Below are positions 14,889 through 20,103 of a DNA stretch of 20,103 nucleotides, piece after piece. Numbering within the stretch: the stretch's first letter is position 1; each line of letters begins with the position of its first letter. The notes under the pieces are model-generated. The model saw nothing but the letters and a program-made list of their open reading frames with translations, did no database searches and was not told the DNA's origin. A program made the position numbers and the translations under genes. This DNA comes from Methylococcales bacterium (GTDB lineage Bacteria > Pseudomonadota > Gammaproteobacteria > Methylococcales > Methylomonadaceae), in NCBI GenBank assembly GCA_028714175.1, contig JAQTMV010000086.1, forward strand, positions 1 to 20,103, in the 5' to 3' direction.

Positions 14889-15287
14889 TTAATTAATGTC
14901 CGACGACCACTTGATATCGTGAATCTCAGGATCAGATTCAAGAACTTTCTTTAACGCCTCAGCAGTATGACCAACCTTTGTCCTCGTATCCCATTTTTTA
15001 AGCCACCGCCTGATAAATGGCTTGGAGGGTTCAATAAAACATAATAATTCATCTGGCTCGCCATTTTGATGACCGCAGCCAATCCATAAAGGAAAGTCTT
15101 CATTTTCAAGTTCAACCATCCAGCCCCAATCTTCCCCACCGATACTGGTGACCTTAAGACCATAATGCGGAAGTTTTTCTTGAAGATACTCAGCCAGACG
15201 CTTACCCCAAAGACCCGGATTTATTGCCTCTTCCTCGCCATTGTATGGCGGAAATTTGTTTGATTTAAATTCGACCAGCGTTTTCAT
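14889..15287 (-). CDS. Hypothetical protein of about 132 aa with no recognised domain.
   Basis: The ORF reaches up to 15350 but would overlap the upstream SDR gene. The internal ATG at 15287 (MKTLVEFKSNKF...) avoids the overlap. GC is lower than in neighbouring genes. Confidence 0.45.
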   Translation of the reverse strand: MKTLVEFKSNKFPPYNGEEEAINPGLWGKRLAEYLQEKLPHYGLKVTSIGGEDWGWMVELENEDFPLWIGCGHQNGEPDELLCFIEPSKPFIRRWLKKWDTRTKVGHTAEALKKVLESDPEIHDIKWSSDIN

Positions 15288-15300
15288 ATCGCATTTTTCA

Positions 15301-16149
15301 TTACACGTAATTCCGATAGTTACCGATTGAGTAGTTTGCACATATCTCATACAGAGCGTTCACTGCTTGCCTGTCGCGGCTGTAAGTACAGTTGGCTTCG
15401 GTCCTATGTTCATAATATCGGCCTGTCTTTTGCTGTCCGATGGGATGAGTCGCAAGCCAAACCGGCGTTTCGGCTCCCTGATCCGGCGTTTCATGTCCAC
15501 CAAATCCCAAATTATTACTCAACTCTGAATTCACATCGCCAGGATGACAGGCATTGACAGCGATCTGATAGGGCTTTAATTTTTCGGCAAAGACTGAACT
15601 TAACATACGGTTGGCTTGTTTGGATTGTCGGTAAGCCAAGTCATTATCATAGCTTCGGCGAGTGAATTCCAAATCATTGAGATCCAGTCCTCCAGCCCAG
15701 TAGCTGGCTACATTAACAATACGCGCAGGCGCTGATGCTTTTAATATCTCCATGAATTCGTCGATTAACCAATAGTAGCCAAGAACATTAGTGGCAAACT
15801 GCATTTCAATGCCTTCAGGTGTTTCCTGTCGAGAGCGGGGTGTACAAGCTGCATTGTTGATCAAAACATGTAAAGGTCCTTGCCACCGTTGTGCCAAGTT
15901 GTGGATTTGTTCATATCGGCTTAAGTCGGCAAGCACATAGCCCACTTCGGAATTTCCGGTCAGAGACCTTATTTCATTGACCGCCAATACCGCTTTCTGT
16001 TGGTCGCGGCATACTAATACCACACTGGAATCTTGTAGGTTAGCCAATTGCCGGGCAATGGCCTTGCCTATCGCCCCGGTAGCACCGGTGACCAGGAAAA
16101 CTTTGGTGTGAGTATTTTGCCCACTTGAAGACTGTGCAGTGATTCCCAT
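15301..16149 (-). CDS. Short-chain dehydrogenase/reductase (SDR) family oxidoreductase.
   Basis: Rossmann motif VFLVTGATGAIGKAIA, NNAA motif, and catalytic YxxxK (YRQSK). Confidence 0.85.
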   Translation of the reverse strand: MGITAQSSSGQNTHTKVFLVTGATGAIGKAIARQLANLQDSSVVLVCRDQQKAVLAVNEIRSLTGNSEVGYVLADLSRYEQIHNLAQRWQGPLHVLINNAACTPRSRQETPEGIEMQFATNVLGYYWLIDEFMEILKASAPARIVNVASYWAGGLDLNDLEFTRRSYDNDLAYRQSKQANRMLSSVFAEKLKPYQIAVNACHPGDVNSELSNNLGFGGHETPDQGAETPVWLATHPIGQQKTGRYYEHRTEANCTYSRDRQAVNALYEICANYSIGNYRNYV

Positions 16150-16256
16150 CAGCTCAATGCTTTATAGCGATATTGAAAGGTATAGTTATATTCATGTTAA
16201 AAACATTACGTCTACTCTATACCGCTACCCATTACTCCACAAAATCATCATAACGG

Positions 16257-16496
16257 CTAGCCTTTCAAGGCGATGGTCTCAACCCGGTCAACTGTATCGA
16301 GAGTTATTTTGCCTTCCTGAGCTAACCAGCCAATGCTGCGCTGGATGATTTTTTCTTCTTCAGGAAGCTCCCGAATCAATTTGGCAACAGGGGTCGCATC
16401 ATTTTCAGCCAAGTAATGCCACACGTTTCCCGCAGTCAAACCCACGCGTTCAGGCATAGCTATTTCAGGCGCCGCTGCATTCGGTTGGGGAGCCAC
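16257..16496 (-). CDS. Small winged-helix protein, DUF2582-like.
   Basis: AGNVWHYLAENDATPVAKLIRELPEEEKIIQRSIGWLAQEGKI resembles the DUF2582 wHTH pattern. The ORF track start at 16496 is a GTG. An alternative ATG at 16457 gives MPERVGL. Confidence 0.55.
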   Translation of the reverse strand: MAPQPNAAAPEIAMPERVGLTAGNVWHYLAENDATPVAKLIRELPEEEKIIQRSIGWLAQEGKITLDTVDRVETIALKG

Positions 16497-16782
16497 GGCT
16501 TGAGCCTTTTTAGCGGGTTTCTGATCCGGGCTTGGTTTTGAAGGTAAGTAAACGCGGATAATAGGATAGACTCGACCAGATAAGGTTTCTATACGGTAGT
16601 TATTATAAATATCCGGTGTTGATGCATAAACATTTTCTGGTAAACCGGCGATTTAATGTTTAATAACGGAATCAATACCCTTTGAACTGGCCGTTGCTTT
16701 ATTTGGCTACTCAATAGCAGCATAAGATAAGCCGTATCCTGTCGCTAAATCTTGTGCCTGGAAAGGTTTTGCACTACCGCAA

Positions 16783-17739
16783 TCATGGCTTGATCTTAGC
16801 CGCAAAACGAATAATGTCGGGAAGCAATTGCAGATAGACAGCAAGCTTTCCTAAAACATCCACCGCATCACTTGGCGGTTTGATGACACGTATCCTCACA
16901 TGCTCAATGATTTCAAGTAACATTTTTTTGCCTCGAAATCGATTGATGCCAACTTCCAGCAAAGGCGCTAAAAAAGGCGCGATTATGAGCGTTGCCATTA
17001 ATCCGCTTGTCGCTCCAACCAAACCTACCCAAGAAGGAACTCCGGTTAGACTCACCCATAGACTGCCCCACCAGGATAAATTGCTTGTATAAATCGCTGT
17101 TGCAGCCGCTTGACCAGTAGCAATGCTACTTCCAAAGCCACTGGCTCCCAGACCTTTACCCATTAGGCCGGTCAATAAAAACATCAATGCTTCTCGTGAA
17201 CCTTCAACAGGAAGAGACATTCGTTCAATATGATGGGAGAGTTGTCTTTCAACTTCCTCACGCTGATTTGTTGGAAGTCCGTTAAGTAAATCACTCAATT
17301 TGGCATCGAAATTGGCTTGATACTGAGCGACATAGTCCTGAAGCTTTTTGTCCAAGCCGCGTAAATCAAGCAAATCGACTTCAATCGCGGTATACAATTC
17401 AAGTTGCTTACCCGATAAAGAAATAGAATTGAGTTGTTTATCCGGCTGATTTTTCTTAACGGTGGCTGCTGACTTGATAAACCCCCAGGCAGAACGAGGC
17501 AGGGTAGCTAACTCCTTGGGAATATCGCCTCGGTGTCGCCAATGGCGGCTTAAGACAACACTCGGCGAAGCAAAATACTTCAAATAGACTGGCGTGACAC
17601 GATTTTTTGCCTCGTTAAGGTGCGACTCAACGATGTCGTTTAAATTTTGCCGGTGTTGTTCAGTAGCTTGGGCGTAACCACAAGAAAAGCGCTGGTCCGG
17701 AAGCTTTGCTTGATCGTTTTTATTACCTGGCTGATACAT
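16783..17739 (-). CDS. Hypothetical 318-aa protein with a soluble N-terminal domain and a C-terminal glycine-zipper-like membrane region.
   Basis: A long clean ORF. The C-terminal part reads LLTGLMGKGLGASGFGSSIATGQAAATAIY...GLVGATSGLMATLIIAPFLAPLL (small-xxx-small repeats). No family was recognised. Confidence 0.6.
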   Translation of the reverse strand: MYQPGNKNDQAKLPDQRFSCGYAQATEQHRQNLNDIVESHLNEAKNRVTPVYLKYFASPSVVLSRHWRHRGDIPKELATLPRSAWGFIKSAATVKKNQPDKQLNSISLSGKQLELYTAIEVDLLDLRGLDKKLQDYVAQYQANFDAKLSDLLNGLPTNQREEVERQLSHHIERMSLPVEGSREALMFLLTGLMGKGLGASGFGSSIATGQAAATAIYTSNLSWWGSLWVSLTGVPSWVGLVGATSGLMATLIIAPFLAPLLEVGINRFRGKKMLLEIIEHVRIRVIKPPSDAVDVLGKLAVYLQLLPDIIRFAAKIKP

Positions 17740-18177
17740 TCAATTCAAATTTTTTCGGCTTGTCAAACAGTTGGGGAAATTTGCCCGTTTAAAAAAAAAT
17801 AGCATTACAGTTTATCCCTATCCTCAGCATCGGCTTCGTGCTTTTCCCCCTCGTCCTTTATGTATTTCCACATGCCGTTTTGATGCAGCCATATTGGATC
17901 AGCATTTTGTTGGATATACTCTTCAGCATCAATTCCTTCGATCATGGGCGGTCTTTTGATTCTTACCTGCTTTCCATTTAGGAATACCCATTGGTACTTC
18001 TTTTAATTTTCTTCTTTTGTCTTTTTTCTTACACGCTTCTGAGCAGTTGTAAGCTTCTTTTTTAACTTTGCCATAGTTCAATTTTATAATGCTGGTTTTA
18101 TCTGTTTCCCAGAGCCACAATATTTACTCTGTCATCGGTCACTTGCGTCCCTTGGGGTTGTTTTATGATTTCACTCA

Positions 18178-18937
18178 TCACAAGTCCTGAGCATGTTTGC
18201 TTACTAACTGCCATAATCCCAGCACACTAACTGCGACCAGGCCACCGCCAATCCAGCGTTTAAAAAGCAAATCATTGCGCATAATGGCGTCATGCGCTTT
18301 CAAACCCACTAGGTGTCCTATGGCAGCAATCGGTAAAAGCGCGAGTGCCGTTAGAAAATGCAAATCAACGGATAGAGCGATGAACGTCGTCATTTTGATG
18401 CTTACCAGAATGAACCATAATACAAATAAGGTGTCCCGCAATTTGTATTTGCTGACATTATGCATATAAACGGCGACCATCAGCGGTGCTCCGCTCAAGG
18501 AGATCCCGGCAATGTAACCTCCTAAAACGAGCAGGCCTCTATCCGCCCACACATGATGACTTTCAATACCTCGGTTGAATAGCCAGGTAAAACCATACAG
18601 CAAGGTAACCGAATAAATAAAGCTATTCAGCCATAAGACCGGTAGATTCACCAGTCCAAAAACGCCTATGATAGCGGGAGGAATAATGTAAATGGAAGAG
18701 TGCCGCAAATACTGCCAGTCGACATTATGCAAGCGGTTAAGCAGCGTTAAGCCGGAAAAAAATAGTAAATGCACCGCAATGATTGGCAACCATAAAAGCG
18801 GATTATTATGCACAAATAACATCAGCGGTAACCCTAATGCGGCGCCACCAAAACCTAGCCCCGTCCGAACAAAGCCGGTCCAAACAAACACCAGAGCAAT
18901 GGTCAGTATTTGATAAAGAGAAAAATCGGATAACATA
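18178..18937 (-). CDS. TauE/SafE (DUF81) family anion-exporter-like permease.
   Basis: GFVRTGLGFGGAALGLPLMLF is typical of the family, with about 7-8 TM helices. Start chosen at ATG 18937 (MLSDFSLYQ). The ORF track extends it to a TTG at 18963. Confidence 0.8.
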
Positions 18938-19239
18938 ATTTTAAAATATAAGCCATTTTTCAAAACAGCCGGCTATGATCCTCACCTAACGGCCAACTGT
19001 TGGTTGTAAGCGTCCGTAACAATCCGGAAGCTTACCGGATTAGCTCAATCATACCTCAGTTAGTTCAATCATAATTGACAATTATCCGGGAAATGCAATG
19101 AGACCAAAACTTAGACAAGCCATCATAAATGCCAATCCTGATTATTTTTTTGGGATAAAGCCCATCAAGAAAAGTACAGAAAAACTATTCCCAAAGAGGA
19201 ATATCAAATAATCCGAAATCATCTATTTATTTTGTAAAT

Positions 19240-19509
19240 GTGTCACAGGGCGAATTGGATCCGTGCATGACGATTATTGCTTCTGATCCCGAAGTAATGA
19301 AAGAAATACGTTTTAAATCAATCATTGCTGATTGTCGTCACTTTGAAAAAGATGCGGCTACTGTTTTGTGGAGAGCAGAAAACGAACAAGCCCTACTTAA
19401 ATCCTTTATACAAAAAGAGTTTGATGACATTATGGCTAATTTCGATACCAAAATTGTTAAATTAAAAAAGAAAAACAAAGTCGTTATTTGCAATGGCGTT
19501 GTTATTTAA
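19240..19509 (+). CDS. Hypothetical small protein in the AT-rich region. Weak call.
   Basis: An ORF of 89 aa with a GTG start (ATG alternative at 19267) and no recognisable motif. It lies in about 38% GC DNA with nearby ORF-free sequence. Confidence 0.3.
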   Translation: MSQGELDPCMTIIASDPEVMKEIRFKSIIADCRHFEKDAATVLWRAENEQALLKSFIQKEFDDIMANFDTKIVKLKKKNKVVICNGVVI

Positions 19510-20103
19510 TCAACTTCCTCGCACTCATACAGTGCATATCTATAGAAACGCGAAGAAACGGAATTAATCGTTTTGATATTTATTGATTCTGAAAATTCAG
19601 ACACCGAAAATCCACAAAGCAGTCATTCGCAACTATTCAATACTGGGATGGCTGACAGCCTATACCCGACCCATTTGAGACATTCGGATATGGATTTAAG
19701 CTTCCTGATACCGGTCATTGGCAAAGTAGCAGTATCGACCCACTAGAGTCACTCAATCCAAATTTCCGAATGGCAGCATACTCACACTGATAGCGACCAG
19801 TCAATTCTAGCGTGCTAAGTGTATTATAGGTATTTATACGTATTGTTTTTTTAGCTTGAAGTGTTACAGTTTTTTAAGAGTTGAAAAGGTTCATTTTTTA
19901 CTATGAATGGCCGGTGGCAGTTCTGTTGATCATCGTACCAATAGTTTAAGTGTGGCTTTTATTAACAGTGTTGAAGAGCAGAAACTAACGCAGTCTTATG
20001 CGCTCTGTGCTCCTTAATACCTCCGGGCAACACACAGTAATCGCGACGTAAGCTCTGAAAACGGGGCGATTTAATATGTGTTTACGCAGCCTGGTAAAGT
20101 CCA

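Noticed and set aside
14951-15557. ORFs 14951-15163 (minus) and 15327-15557 (plus), and the 5' extension of the 14889 ORF to 15350.
   Set aside because: They overlap, or are antisense to, the SDR gene and the small hypothetical gene. The extension would overlap the SDR coding region by about 50 nt.
16139-17092. Plus-strand ORFs 16139-16348 and 16880-17092.
   Set aside because: They are antisense to the wHTH and the 318-aa genes and have no signals.
17771-18120. ORFs 17771-17959 (plus) and 17929-18120 (minus). There is also an unlisted 23-codon lysine-rich ORF on the minus strand (18074-18003, MAKLKKKLTTAQKRVRKKTKEEN).
   Set aside because: The region is AT-rich and homopolymer-rich, with no SD and overlapping frames. 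The basic composition follows from A/T-rich runs. It is probably a degraded or non-coding spacer.
18197-18913. Plus-strand ORFs 18197-18469 and 18692-18913.
   Set aside because: They are antisense to the TauE/SafE permease gene.
20076-20103. ATG at 20076 with an upstream acgggg, possibly the start of a plus-strand gene running off the window end.
   Set aside because: Only 9 codons are visible, so this cannot be evaluated.

Overview
This 20.1-kb window looks like gammaproteobacterial-type DNA with two compositional blocks. All calls below are manual reading and translation from the sequence; no database search was possible.

Block 1 (positions 1 to about 4520) is GC-rich, roughly 58-62%. It carries a large minus-strand gene for an NLR-like STAND NTPase that runs off the window start. 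Its domains are a DUF4062-like N-terminal domain, an NB-ARC module (P-loop GLGGVGKT, Walker B LMILDNVD, GxP motif CLPLAL), and an array of near-identical 42-aa TPR repeats. The repeats are encoded by 126-bp tandem DNA repeats at 1-1080. Divergent from this gene are a small SD-led ORF with a strong terminator and a polytopic membrane protein ORF. That ORF reads straight through an abrupt GC drop near 4520.

Block 2 (about 4520 to 20103) is roughly 40-50% GC and contains, in order:
- an OmpR-family two-component system on the minus strand;
- a divergent PspA/IM30 - 4TM membrane protein - secreted vWA (MIDAS) operon, ended by a bidirectional terminator;
- a convergent SPFH/band-7 gene with a candidate sigma54 promoter;
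- two tandem tRNA-like genes on the minus strand whose anticodon loops fold as 6 nt in my hand fold;
- rtcB (RNA ligase) and the divergently transcribed rtcR (CARF-sigma54 activator), with a good sigma54 -24/-12 element and an upstream inverted repeat between them;
- a minus-strand cluster of a small hypothetical protein, an SDR oxidoreductase, a DUF2582-like winged-helix protein, a 318-aa hypothetical protein with a glycine-zipper membrane region, and a TauE/SafE permease;
- an AT-rich tail with one weak ORF.

The items most worth follow-up are:
- the NLR-like gene, where sequence variation between the near-identical TPR repeats is confined to a few fixed codons;
- the GC-island junction next to it;
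- the PspA-4TM-vWA-band-7 neighbourhood;
- the two anomalous tRNA-like genes sitting immediately downstream of rtcB, where rtcA normally lies in E. coli.

No CRISPR array, transposase or integrase was seen.
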